Shown: positions 8,632-16,846 of the stretch, piece after piece
Position numbering within the stretch: position 1 is the stretch's first letter
How the letters are laid out: each line of letters opens with the position of its first letter
NCBI RefSeq assembly: GCF_000020225.1
Contig: NC_010655.1
Span: 300,001 to 332,000 of the forward strand
Reading direction: 5' to 3'
From: Akkermansia muciniphila ATCC BAA-835
Lineage (GTDB): Bacteria; Verrucomicrobiota; Verrucomicrobiia; Verrucomicrobiales; Akkermansiaceae
DNA: 32,000 bases
Notes under the pieces: generated by a model
What the model was told of the DNA's origin: nothing
Databases searched by the model: none
What the model saw: the letters and a program-made list of their open reading frames with translations, nothing else
Program-made: the position numbers and the translations under genes

Positions 8632-9447
8632 TTAGTCATCCAGTGTCGATCTTTGGAGCAGCCACACGGGGCCGGAAATAAAACTGCCCACGCCAATGTT
8701 ATTTCCCGAACACATTCCCACATGCAGACTATCGCCAAATACGATAATGTCTCCAGCCTGGGGAGTGTTGTACCCATTTTCTCCATCATCCGGATAATCA
8801 GGAGCCCCCAGCAGGATACGGAGATAAACCGCCATTTGAGCTGCGCTGATGATAACGTGCTTTTTACCCCCCAACGCCTGGGAATTACCCTTTGCTCCAA
8901 TATTATTGGCTCCCGGAGCTCCATTAAGGTCAATACCATAACTACTAAGAGCAATGCTCAGACGCAAGGCGCAACTGTTAATGTAATTGGCATCTCCCGA
9001 AACGTGGCTATCGTTCAGCCATCCTCCAATATAGTTCCACACATCATCTGTAGTCATGGTGGGATAATCCACTACATTATAGCATCCCAGTAGACGTTGT
9101 GCATTGGCAATATTCCAAAGATTTTTTGGAGCATCGATTTCCCAAAATTCCAGTTCGGAATCTCCCATCTTGGGAACAAACTCCTCCGCATTGGGGTAAG
9201 GAGCAATTTCTTCCGGGACGGCAAGGTTCTCATGATGCAGTTTCGCATAGTGGAAGCCCTTTTTAAGTTCCTTGCTTCCAGAAACGGATGTGGACGAATG
9301 TGAGCCAGTCAATTCCGCTACCTTTTCACCATTGATTTCCAGATAGCCGTTGTCGTCAATCTGAATCGTGAAATTATAGGTTCCATCTTCCGGAACGCGG
9401 ATATATCCTTCCCAGTCATGTCCCCGGTTTCTTCCGTCTTGTGCCAT
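8632..9447 (-). CDS. PA14-like domain fused to a Tae4-like (papain-fold, NlpC/P60 superfamily) peptidoglycan amidase domain
   Basis: 271 aa. N-terminus WEGYIRVPEDGTYNFTIQIDDNGYLEINGEKV matches the PA14 core (G.i..p.tG.Y.F....DD...l.i.g). The C-terminal half, from memory of Tae4 (PF14113), has NSCALRLSIALSSYGIDL (catalytic Cys helix, compare NACPIRMSYVLNATGFPI), GGKKHVIISAAQMAVYL, GDIIVFGDSLHVGMCSGN (catalytic His strand) and GPVWLL. No signal peptide. Confidence 0.65.
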   Translation of the reverse strand: MAQDGRNRGHDWEGYIRVPEDGTYNFTIQIDDNGYLEINGEKVAELTGSHSSTSVSGSKELKKGFHYAKLHHENLAVPEEIAPYPNAEEFVPKMGDSELEFWEIDAPKNLWNIANAQRLLGCYNVVDYPTMTTDDVWNYIGGWLNDSHVSGDANYINSCALRLSIALSSYGIDLNGAPGANNIGAKGNSQALGGKKHVIISAAQMAVYLRILLGAPDYPDDGENGYNTPQAGDIIVFGDSLHVGMCSGNNIGVGSFISGPVWLLQRSTLDD

Positions 9448-9536
9448 CCAATCTTGGGGGACTCTTTATTCGTTACCTTGTAGCGGCGGTTGTTTTCCAC
9501 ATCCAACGGGTGGAACGGTTTTGTAGATATAGCCAT
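9448..9536 (-). pseudogene. Possible displaced 5' end of the PA14/amidase gene, in another frame
   Basis: ATG at 9536 opens MAISTKPFHPLDVENNRRYKVTNKESPK... (track ORF 9318..9536). One extra C in the C5 run (forward G5 at 9456-9460) would fuse it in frame, giving ...NKESPQDWMAQDGRNRGHDWEGY.... Confidence 0.4.
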
Positions 9537-9754
9537 AATATTATGTTTCGTATCGTTTACTACTGAATATTCAGTTCATGGAAACCTTGAAAGATTTCTC
9601 GCTCCTTATCAACACGTTTAACGTGTAATCCAACCCTCATTCGGAACGTGAAGGAAAAGGTTAAAACGGCACGACAATCAAGTGGAAAACAAAGGATTTG
9701 AAAAGGGCACAAGAAACACAATCATTGATTATCAATAGTTACATTTCAAATTTT

Positions 9755-9801
9755 CTTCATTCGGGACGAAGAGACCGCTGGTTCGAATCCTGTCCTTTCG
9801 A
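9755..9801 (+). repeat. Degenerate duplicate of the 3' half of tRNA-Pro(CGG); putative att remnant
   Basis: cttcattcgggacgaagagaccgctggttcgaatcctgtcctttcga against tRNA positions 7511-7557 cttcgttcgggacgaagaggtcgcaggttcgaatcctgtcagctcga. 40 of 47 identical, same orientation. No matching tRNA 5' half lies upstream, and the T-stem carries a mismatch. Confidence 0.7.
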
Positions 9802-9991
9802 TTATTTTCTAACAACCTCTTCCGGACGGTTATTTTATTTTCCGGTAAAATCACTTCCCCTGCAAAAGCCAGTCAGAAACCCACTAGCAGCTGATTCTTC
9901 TATCTGAAAAAAGCCCCTGCTGGGATACTTTATCAGTCATCCGTCAAATTCCCATTGCCCCGCGCATGTTTCTTTCTCTAAAATACAGGTA

Positions 9992-10837
9992 ATGAGTGAA
10001 TACTTCCTGAAACTTCCCGGCGATTCCCAGCCGAGAGCCTATTCCGAATACGAAGTCCGTGAATTTCTGGGACAGGGCGTGATCGACTCAAAAACGCTTA
10101 CCTGGAAACAGGGCATGGAAGGATGGCAGCCCGTAGCCCAAGTTCTTCCTCCGATGTCACCTGTATGGGAGGAAACACAGGATCAGGAGGGCAAAGATCA
10201 GCCAGAAGAGCAGCAGTACCGCTTGCGTTATCCTCTAAACGGGCTAGCCAAATTATCCATTTTGGCATGTTTCGTATTGCTGCCCTTCATGCTCTGGAGC
10301 AGCTGGATTGTTTTTTCCAACAATGTCGTCAATTATGAAGAAATTCAGACACTCATCCAGCAGAATATGGTTCACATGCCATCTTTTGCAGTACCATTGG
10401 TCTTCTTCCTCAGCATCCTGTTCATTCCATCCCTGCTTATTCAGCTGATCTGGCTGTACCGGGCATCTGCCAATATTCAGGAATTTCAAGTTCAGGGAAT
10501 TCGGTTCACTCCATTCCTTAGCGTTCTTCTAAGCTGTATGCCGGTAGTCGGCATGGTGCTCAATGCCCTGGTTCTTCAGGAAATATATAAGGCATCCAAA
10601 AACCCGGCAGAATGGATGTTGCAAACACCCTCCCGTTCCCTGCGCTTATATCTTCTGGTGACTACGGCTCTAACTCTGTGCACCCTTTTCCCTTTCGGGG
10701 CGGAACATTACGTGACGGCCTTTCTGCTCACCGGCGTACTGATGACGGCAGCCAGCATCCTGTGGCTGGTCTGTGTCCTGCAAATCACCAGAAAACAGGA
10801 GGAACTGGTCTCCAAAAATCAAAACTCCCGTTCCTGA
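9992..10837 (+). CDS. Membrane protein with N-terminal GYF_2 (DUF4339) domain and DUF4328-like multi-TM domain
   Basis: 281 aa. YSEYEVREFLGQGVIDSKTLTWKQGMEGWQPVAQVL fits the GYF_2 pattern. At least four hydrophobic helices follow, and LIQLIWLYRASANI resembles the DUF4328 W..R...N signature. Confidence 0.65.
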   Translation: MSEYFLKLPGDSQPRAYSEYEVREFLGQGVIDSKTLTWKQGMEGWQPVAQVLPPMSPVWEETQDQEGKDQPEEQQYRLRYPLNGLAKLSILACFVLLPFMLWSSWIVFSNNVVNYEEIQTLIQQNMVHMPSFAVPLVFFLSILFIPSLLIQLIWLYRASANIQEFQVQGIRFTPFLSVLLSCMPVVGMVLNALVLQEIYKASKNPAEWMLQTPSRSLRLYLLVTTALTLCTLFPFGAEHYVTAFLLTGVLMTAASILWLVCVLQITRKQEELVSKNQNSRS

Positions 10838-10852
10838 TCGAAAAAACCGTAA

Positions 10853-11722
10853 TCAGCGTTTTTCCTTTTCTTCCGTGGGCGGCTGACTGTCTGGGAGGAT
10901 TTTATCCAAAGCTTCCATGCTGTTATCCTTATACAGATTCTCCAGCAGTTTTTCCCACCCCGCCGCCATCTGAACCTGTTTCAAGGCAATAATAGGATCA
11001 GGCATCATCATTTCCGGGTCGGGAGCATATTGCTTTAGCACCTCATCCGGATTGATTCTGTTAAACGTTGTCTTCCCATAGCCCGGCATTCCCGCCTCAT
11101 GAGCGATGGATTCAATCATCTCAAAATGCAAATGCGCCAAATAATTGCCGTGCGCAGTTCCGACTGAGCCGATTTGCTCTCCGCGTCCCACCAGAGTCCC
11201 CAGCGGAATATCGCTGACGGTTTTCAAATGGGCATACAGACTCTGCACAAAACGCCCGTCCGGCAAGCGGTGCAGCAGCACGACAACATTGCCCCAATCT
11301 GGAGAAGGTTCTCCTGCATAAATCAGCAATCCGCGGCCGGCGGCCCGCACGGGCAGTCCCTCATCCGTGTTTTCTCCTCCTATTCCATTTAAATCCTGTC
11401 CTGCATGCCTTCCCTTACGGGCGGCATTCATATCCCCCACACCCTGGGCAACATAGGTAAACGCTCCATTCTCATCTCCGAGGGGCGATGTAAACACATC
11501 GGCCAGAGGCGCCTTTGCCAGCTCCTGGGGCGTCAACAAAACCATCCGGTAATCTACAGGAACCGGAGCAGACCGCGGAATGTCTTCGTCATAAATATTA
11601 TGGTGCATCCCGGCCTCCGGAACGGCGGCATATTTCGTCTTGTACCAGGCAAATGCCGTAATCAAGACACAGGCTGTTCCCAAAAGCCCCATAATGACGC
11701 GGGATGTCGTCTTATCTATCAT
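10853..11722 (-). CDS. M23-family metallopeptidase (peptidoglycan endopeptidase) with N-terminal membrane anchor
   Basis: 289 aa. TM helix VIMGLLGTACVLITAFAWY. Zinc motifs GRHAGQDLNG (HxxxD) and AHLHFEM (HxH). Confidence 0.85.
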   Translation of the reverse strand: MIDKTTSRVIMGLLGTACVLITAFAWYKTKYAAVPEAGMHHNIYDEDIPRSAPVPVDYRMVLLTPQELAKAPLADVFTSPLGDENGAFTYVAQGVGDMNAARKGRHAGQDLNGIGGENTDEGLPVRAAGRGLLIYAGEPSPDWGNVVVLLHRLPDGRFVQSLYAHLKTVSDIPLGTLVGRGEQIGSVGTAHGNYLAHLHFEMIESIAHEAGMPGYGKTTFNRINPDEVLKQYAPDPEMMMPDPIIALKQVQMAAGWEKLLENLYKDNSMEALDKILPDSQPPTEEKEKR

Positions 11723-11769
11723 CGTGCCGACTCTATACCCACGGAACCGGATTTACAATCACAAGATAG

Positions 11770-12705
11770 TCAGGCCAGCGTCTGCGGAAATTTTTCCATC
11801 CACAATTTGCGCGCCGCACGGATATCTTCTGAGGAAACACGGCTGGAGAGCTCCCATACGAGCGGAACTCCATGCGGGAAAAAAGGAAGAAGGCGTTCAA
11901 AGGGAACTACTCCTCCCAGCAGGGGAACCTGATGATCCCGCGCGGGCCATTTGACGTCGTTCACATGTCCTCCAATCAAATGGGAGGACATTCGGCGAAG
12001 AAACTGCTCATGATTTAATATAAGCAAATTATGCTTTCTTTGAATATGCCCGAAATCATGCCAGTAACCAATAAAGGGATTGTCTCCAAACTCCTTCATC
12101 AACAAATTCATTTCATCCTCACTCGGCACCTGCTCATAATGGCTGCGCCCTTCAATGCCCAGCTTGACGCCAAATTGTCCGGCTTGCGGAAGGAGCTGCC
12201 GGAGAGCTTCACGCGCCCGTTCCAGATAAACGGGAGCCAGGCGGTTGCGGCGGCGTACAAATTCGCCCTTGGTGCCGGCAAACGATTCCGTTCCCACCAT
12301 TCCCTGACGCGCCAGGTTTTGCAAACGAGCCGTATCCGTGCGTTTCGCCAAGGGTTCCACCGTTCCCATATGCAACACGATATATCCGGCCCCCAGTGCT
12401 GCGCCCTGTTCAATAGACTTTTTCGTCAATTCAATAGCCTTGGAACGCACCTGCAGCAAATCCGCCGTAAAAGGCCTGCTGTCTGGAGAATCCCCCACTT
12501 CGTCAATCGGAGCGGGAAAAAAATTATGCACCCCGGCCACCTGCACCTTTCCGGCTTTTACCGCCCTCATGATACCGGGGAGAAGGGATAACTTGATGCC
12601 GTGGGAAAGTTCCACATGGTCAAAACCCAAAGAAAGAATCTCATCAATCATTTCTTCCCCGTCCTGATGACGGTGGGAATTCCAGCACGTAGAAAATACC
12701 AGCAT
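11770..12705 (-). CDS. Sugar phosphate isomerase/epimerase (xylose isomerase-like TIM barrel, AP_endonuc_2 family)
   Basis: The track ORF extends to 12834, but that part overlaps panB. ATG at 12705 gives MLVFSTCWNS...GFDHVELSHG, YIVLHMG, LGIEGRSH and GYWHDFGH, typical of this family. Confidence 0.75.
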   Translation of the reverse strand: MLVFSTCWNSHRHQDGEEMIDEILSLGFDHVELSHGIKLSLLPGIMRAVKAGKVQVAGVHNFFPAPIDEVGDSPDSRPFTADLLQVRSKAIELTKKSIEQGAALGAGYIVLHMGTVEPLAKRTDTARLQNLARQGMVGTESFAGTKGEFVRRRNRLAPVYLERAREALRQLLPQAGQFGVKLGIEGRSHYEQVPSEDEMNLLMKEFGDNPFIGYWHDFGHIQRKHNLLILNHEQFLRRMSSHLIGGHVNDVKWPARDHQVPLLGGVVPFERLLPFFPHGVPLVWELSSRVSSEDIRAARKLWMEKFPQTLA

Positions 12706-12719
12706 AAAAAAATCAATTG

Positions 12720-13517
12720 TTATGAGCTGATGGAGCCGGGTTCCGTGTAGCAATCTTCCATCCACTCCTTGACAGCGGCAGTCATGCTTCCAGCGACATC
12801 CGCACGAGGTTTGACGAAAGCCGGAATAAACCACGGAAATGCGCCCACCAGATCATGAATCACCACAACATCGCCATCACATGTATGGGAGCCGGACCCA
12901 ATACCCAACGTGGGAATGGAAGAATGTACGGTAACTTGTCGGGCCGCATGAGGCGTTACGCCTTCCACAACCACAGCACAAGCCCCCGCCTCTGCCACAG
13001 CCTCCACATCCCTTACCAAGGCTTCCTCCTCCGCGGAGGATTTCCCTTTGATCTTATATCCTCCCTCCTCCAGCACTTTCTGCGGCAGGAGGCCGATATG
13101 ACCCACTACGGGAATACCGGCCTCCACAATAGCACGGATATTTCCTGCCTGGGCTGCCCCCCCTTCCAGCTTGACAGCATCCGCTCCAGCCAAAAACAAT
13201 TTCTTTGCGGATTGCACGGCCTGTTCCACCGTATCATAAGAATGTATGGGCATATCTCCCACCAGCATGGCGTTCTTCACTCCGCGCGCAGTAGCTTCCA
13301 CATGATGAAGCATATGATCCAGCGTCACATGAGTGGTATCCGGAAAGCCCAAAACCACCATCCCCAAGGAATCCCCTACCAGCACAATATCTACGCCGGC
13401 CTCATCCAAAAGACGGCCTGTAGGATAGTCATAAGCAGTAACCAGAGTCACATGCCGCCTGTTCTTGCAGGCGCGGATTCGTTCCGCTTTCTCAAAAGAT
13501 TGATTCATGGCGTTCAA
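12720..13517 (-). CDS. panB: 3-methyl-2-oxobutanoate hydroxymethyltransferase
   Basis: 265 aa. VTAYDYPTGRLLDEAGVDIVLVGDSLGMVVLG, VGDMP and VKLEGG motifs of PanB. Confidence 0.93.
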   Translation of the reverse strand: MNAMNQSFEKAERIRACKNRRHVTLVTAYDYPTGRLLDEAGVDIVLVGDSLGMVVLGFPDTTHVTLDHMLHHVEATARGVKNAMLVGDMPIHSYDTVEQAVQSAKKLFLAGADAVKLEGGAAQAGNIRAIVEAGIPVVGHIGLLPQKVLEEGGYKIKGKSSAEEEALVRDVEAVAEAGACAVVVEGVTPHAARQVTVHSSIPTLGIGSGSHTCDGDVVVIHDLVGAFPWFIPAFVKPRADVAGSMTAAVKEWMEDCYTEPGSISS

Positions 13518-13529
13518 TAAACATACAAT

Positions 13530-14045
13530 TTACCAGCGTTCCGATACCAGGAGCGGATCAGCCTCATCCGTATCCAATTCCGCCAACAGGCAGGCAACCG
13601 TTTTATGCTGGCGCGGCAGGATAAGCTCCGGCCTGATATCGGAAAGAGGTTTTAAAACAAATTTCCTCAAATGGGCTCTGGGATGGGGGAGAATCAGACG
13701 AGGAGGATCATTGACCACCATGTCCCCCACATAGATAATATCCACATCCGCCGTGCGGGGTTCACAGCGAATCCCGGAACGAATGCGCCCCAGAACCCGT
13801 TCTATACCCTGGCAATGCACAAGCAATTCCTCCACCGTACCTGGCCAGGTAAATTCCACCACGGCATTCAAATAATCATCCGCACCGTACGGACATCCCT
13901 GAGGACTGGTGGCATACAGGGAGGATTGCAAAAAAGGGTCATCAGACAGGCTCATCTGCAACAAATGATCCCTGGCCTGAACCATCAGGCTGTTTTTATC
14001 CCCAAGATTGGACCCCAGTGCAATGCCTGCTCTCTTCATCAGCAA
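13530..14045 (-). CDS. folK: 2-amino-4-hydroxy-6-hydroxymethyldihydropteridine diphosphokinase
   Basis: 171 aa. IALGSNLGD, YLNAVVE, LGRIR....PRTADVDII and PHPR motifs of HPPK. Confidence 0.9.
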   Translation of the reverse strand: MLMKRAGIALGSNLGDKNSLMVQARDHLLQMSLSDDPFLQSSLYATSPQGCPYGADDYLNAVVEFTWPGTVEELLVHCQGIERVLGRIRSGIRCEPRTADVDIIYVGDMVVNDPPRLILPHPRAHLRKFVLKPLSDIRPELILPRQHKTVACLLAELDTDEADPLLVSERW

Positions 14046-14096
14046 AAAACATCGTGGCCGTTCCGGAAAAGAAGAACGGCCACGATGCCGAAAAAG

Positions 14097-14837
14097 TTAT
14101 AATTGGGACAACCCCAGAACGTCTTCCATGGTATACAGACCCGGTTCCCTGCCTTGGAGCCAGAGAGCCGCACGAACTGCTCCGGAGGCAAATGTCATAC
14201 GGCTGGACGCCTTATGGGTAAGTTCCAGCCGTTCACCATCGGAAGCAAATATTACAGTATGGTCCCCCACCACATCCCCTCCCCGCAGGGAATGCATGCC
14301 TATTTCTTTGGCGGGTCGAGGCCCTACCAACCCTTCACGGCCAAAAACCACACTATCTTCATAATTCCTGTCAATGGCGCCGGACAGGATTTCCGCCAGT
14401 GTCCGGGCAGTACCGGAAGGAGCATCAATTTTGTGACGGTGATGCATCTCCATTACCTCTATATCGCAGCTGCCTCCCAGAATCTGTGCAGCCTTGCGCG
14501 TCAGCCAGAACAGGGCGTTCACCCCTACGGAATAATTGGAAGCGAACACAATCGGAATGGATGCCGCAGCGTCCACGATCTCCTGGCGTTCCAGCTCCGT
14601 ATGCCCCGTAGTGCCAATCACCAGAGGTTTGTTATTGGCAACAGCTTCCGCCAGCAGAGTGCTGGTGAAAGCGTGATGGGAAAAATCAATGGCTACGTCG
14701 CATTTGGCGAGGGCGGGATAAAGCTCCTGTCCCTGATCATGAGTAGAACCCACGCAAGTATCCGGATTCTGCGTCACCGCCTCTTGAATAGCTTGGCCCA
14801 TGCGGCCCGAAATGCCTGTAACAAGAATGGAAATCAT
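14097..14837 (-). CDS. dapB: 4-hydroxy-tetrahydrodipicolinate reductase
   Basis: 246 aa. ILVTGISGRMG N-terminal Rossmann motif, GTTG, and EVMEMHHRHKIDAPSGTA (the E.HH..K.DAPSGTA signature). Confidence 0.93.
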   Translation of the reverse strand: MISILVTGISGRMGQAIQEAVTQNPDTCVGSTHDQGQELYPALAKCDVAIDFSHHAFTSTLLAEAVANNKPLVIGTTGHTELERQEIVDAAASIPIVFASNYSVGVNALFWLTRKAAQILGGSCDIEVMEMHHRHKIDAPSGTARTLAEILSGAIDRNYEDSVVFGREGLVGPRPAKEIGMHSLRGGDVVGDHTVIFASDGERLELTHKASSRMTFASGAVRAALWLQGREPGLYTMEDVLGLSQL

Positions 14838-14849
14838 ATCACTAAAATG

Positions 14850-15731
14850 TTAAAGAATATTGAAACGCTGAAGAAGAGCGGAAAGCTGAGCTTCCTTCTC
14901 TTCCGCCAATGGAACCAGCGGAAGACGTATGCCGGGCTGTATATCTCCCCTCATCGCCAAAGCCGCCTTGATCGGAACAGGATTGGAATCCAGAGTCATT
15001 AGCCCTTTCATCAACGGATAAAATTTCTTCTGGAGGGAAAGCATTTCCCCCATATCCTGATTCAGGCCAGCTTTGACAATGGAATTCATGATGCCCGGAA
15101 CCAGATTGGATGTTACGGAAACCAATCCGCTGGCGCCACAGGCCATAAAAGGCACCGTCAGACCGTCATCGCCACACAGAACAGTGAAATTTTCCGGAAC
15201 CACCTGCATCAGCTGGTTCACGCGGTCCACATTGCCGCCGGCCTCTTTCACACAAACAATATGCGGGCAATCCTTCGCCAGACGGCTGATTGTTTCCACA
15301 CTGATTTCAATACCGCAACGCCCCGGAATGCTGTACAGCATAATCGGCAGACGGGTAGCGTCCGCAATAGCCTTGAAATGGGCATAAACTCCATCCTGAG
15401 AAGGTTTATTGTAATAGGGGCACACCTGGAGCGTTCCGTCTACTCCCATCTTTTCCGCTTCCTGGGTCATATGGATAGCTTCTGCGGTGGAATTAGCGCC
15501 CGTTCCCGCAATAACCTGAATACGGCCAGCCGCGATCTCCACGGCCAATTCTATTACCCTCAAGTGTTCTTTTACAGTCAAGGTGGGGGATTCTCCCGTG
15601 GTACCGACAGCCACAATGCCGGCCACGCCGGCAGCTATCTGCGCTTCCACAAGCATTCTAAAAGCCTCTTCATCGACCCGGTTGCCGGCAAACGGAGTCA
15701 CAATTGCTGTATAAAGACCTTGAAACTTCAT
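14850..15731 (-). CDS. dapA: 4-hydroxy-tetrahydrodipicolinate synthase
   Basis: 293 aa. GLYTAIVTPF, GTTGESPTL, YNKP and VCVKEAGG (catalytic Lys) motifs. Confidence 0.95.
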   Translation of the reverse strand: MKFQGLYTAIVTPFAGNRVDEEAFRMLVEAQIAAGVAGIVAVGTTGESPTLTVKEHLRVIELAVEIAAGRIQVIAGTGANSTAEAIHMTQEAEKMGVDGTLQVCPYYNKPSQDGVYAHFKAIADATRLPIMLYSIPGRCGIEISVETISRLAKDCPHIVCVKEAGGNVDRVNQLMQVVPENFTVLCGDDGLTVPFMACGASGLVSVTSNLVPGIMNSIVKAGLNQDMGEMLSLQKKFYPLMKGLMTLDSNPVPIKAALAMRGDIQPGIRLPLVPLAEEKEAQLSALLQRFNIL

Positions 15732-15804
15732 AACCTTACTTGGAAATATACTATCTTAACAGACACTTTTTGTCACGACAGAATACAGAAATATGGCACG
15801 CCTG

Positions 15805-16512
15805 TCAGGCATCCTGAAATACCATTCGTGAACAAATGGAGCAAAACTCCAGGCAGGAATTAAACAGGGACAGGAATGATTCCGGCCGCCTGCCGGGCCG
15901 CCAGGCAGCTTTCCTTCCATTGACCACGATATATTCCCGGTGAATATGGCGACCTTCGTTCCCACATAAAAACAACGCAGCCGCACAGGCGGAAGAAGCC
16001 AATCGAGACTGGGAAACATACCGAAATACCGGACGGTGAATTACGATCTGGCTCATTCTGACATCTCTCCGGTTCAGGCAATTTTCCAAGCCCGCGATAT
16101 CTTCCACCCATACTCCCTTTTTTCCAGAACGGGAAACCATATTCACAATCATGGCCCCAGAAACAAAGGCATGTTCCAGCAAAACGGACAGACGGACACG
16201 GGAAGAACAACTCAGTCCCTGCACCTCGACTGAGGCATCTTCACAAATAATCAAATAATCAACACGTCCATAAAGAGTATGTACCAGACCAGCAAAAGAA
16301 GCCAAATCGGAAGAATGGTTCAGGCGGCCTGACATGACCAGGTGGCTGCTGCCCGGAAGACAATCAACGATATGGCAAGATTCTTCACCGGCCTCATGAA
16401 GCATGGCAACCACAGTTCCCTGACAGGCAAATGCCTTGGCTGCCAAATATCCTATATTGCCGGCGTTGCCCAGAATGACGACCACAGGTTTCTGAATGAC
16501 TTGGGATTTCAT
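15805..16512 (-). CDS. Degenerate short-chain dehydrogenase/Rossmann-like protein, function unknown
   Basis: From ATG 16512: MKSQVIQKPVVVILGNAGNIGYLAAKAF resembles the SDR TGxxxGIG dinucleotide motif. I cannot find the S...YxxxK catalytic set. The track ORF extends to 16560. Confidence 0.45.
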   Translation of the reverse strand: MKSQVIQKPVVVILGNAGNIGYLAAKAFACQGTVVAMLHEAGEESCHIVDCLPGSSHLVMSGRLNHSSDLASFAGLVHTLYGRVDYLIICEDASVEVQGLSCSSRVRLSVLLEHAFVSGAMIVNMVSRSGKKGVWVEDIAGLENCLNRRDVRMSQIVIHRPVFRYVSQSRLASSACAAALFLCGNEGRHIHREYIVVNGRKAAWRPGRRPESFLSLFNSCLEFCSICSRMVFQDA

Positions 16513-16684
16513 ATGCCGCCATTCTGACGAAAGAGTGTAATCCGTCAATACCCCACACATACTTAAGTCATTAAGAAAGAAAAAGGAATAGTTAAGAAAA
16601 AATTATATGGCCACGACATCTTACAAGAAGGAAACTAACTAAGAGAATGTAGGGGGAGAAGAACGGGACCGAGCAAGAAAAGAA

Positions 16685-16718
16685 CAGGCCCCGCGAGTCA
16701 AGTGACTGGCGGGGCCTG
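16685..16718 (-). terminator. Terminator of the rRNA operon
   Basis: 10-bp GC-rich stem caggccccgc (16685-16694) / gcggggcctg (16709-16718), followed on the minus strand by ttcttttctt. Confidence 0.65.
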
Positions 16719-16730
16719 ATGGAAAAAAAT

Positions 16731-16846
16731 CCCGGCGGCGACCTACTCTTGCGGGACCTGTCGTCCGACTACCATTGGCGCGGCAGCGTTTCACTTCCGG
16801 GTTCGGAACGGGACCGGGTGGGACCACTGCGCTCTGGCCACCGGGC
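16731..16846 (-). rRNA. rrf: 5S ribosomal RNA
   Basis: Reverse complement reads gcccggtggcc...cccacccggtcccgttccgaacccggaagtgaaacg...gtaggtcgccgccggg. It has the conserved CCGAAC/loop A-E elements and a helix I closing stem. Confidence 0.9.

Noticed and set aside
12706-12834. N-terminal 43-aa extension of the sugar-phosphate isomerase ORF
   Set aside because: It overlaps the 3' end of panB by about 115 nt and is Cys/Arg-rich. The ATG at 12705 gives a typical family N-terminus.
14103-15002. 299-aa plus-strand ORF, and similar plus-strand ORFs across panB, folK, dapA and the 7TM-HD gene (e.g. 12855-13520, 15261-15863, 27781-28689)
   Set aside because: All are antisense to well-supported minus-strand genes and have no motifs.
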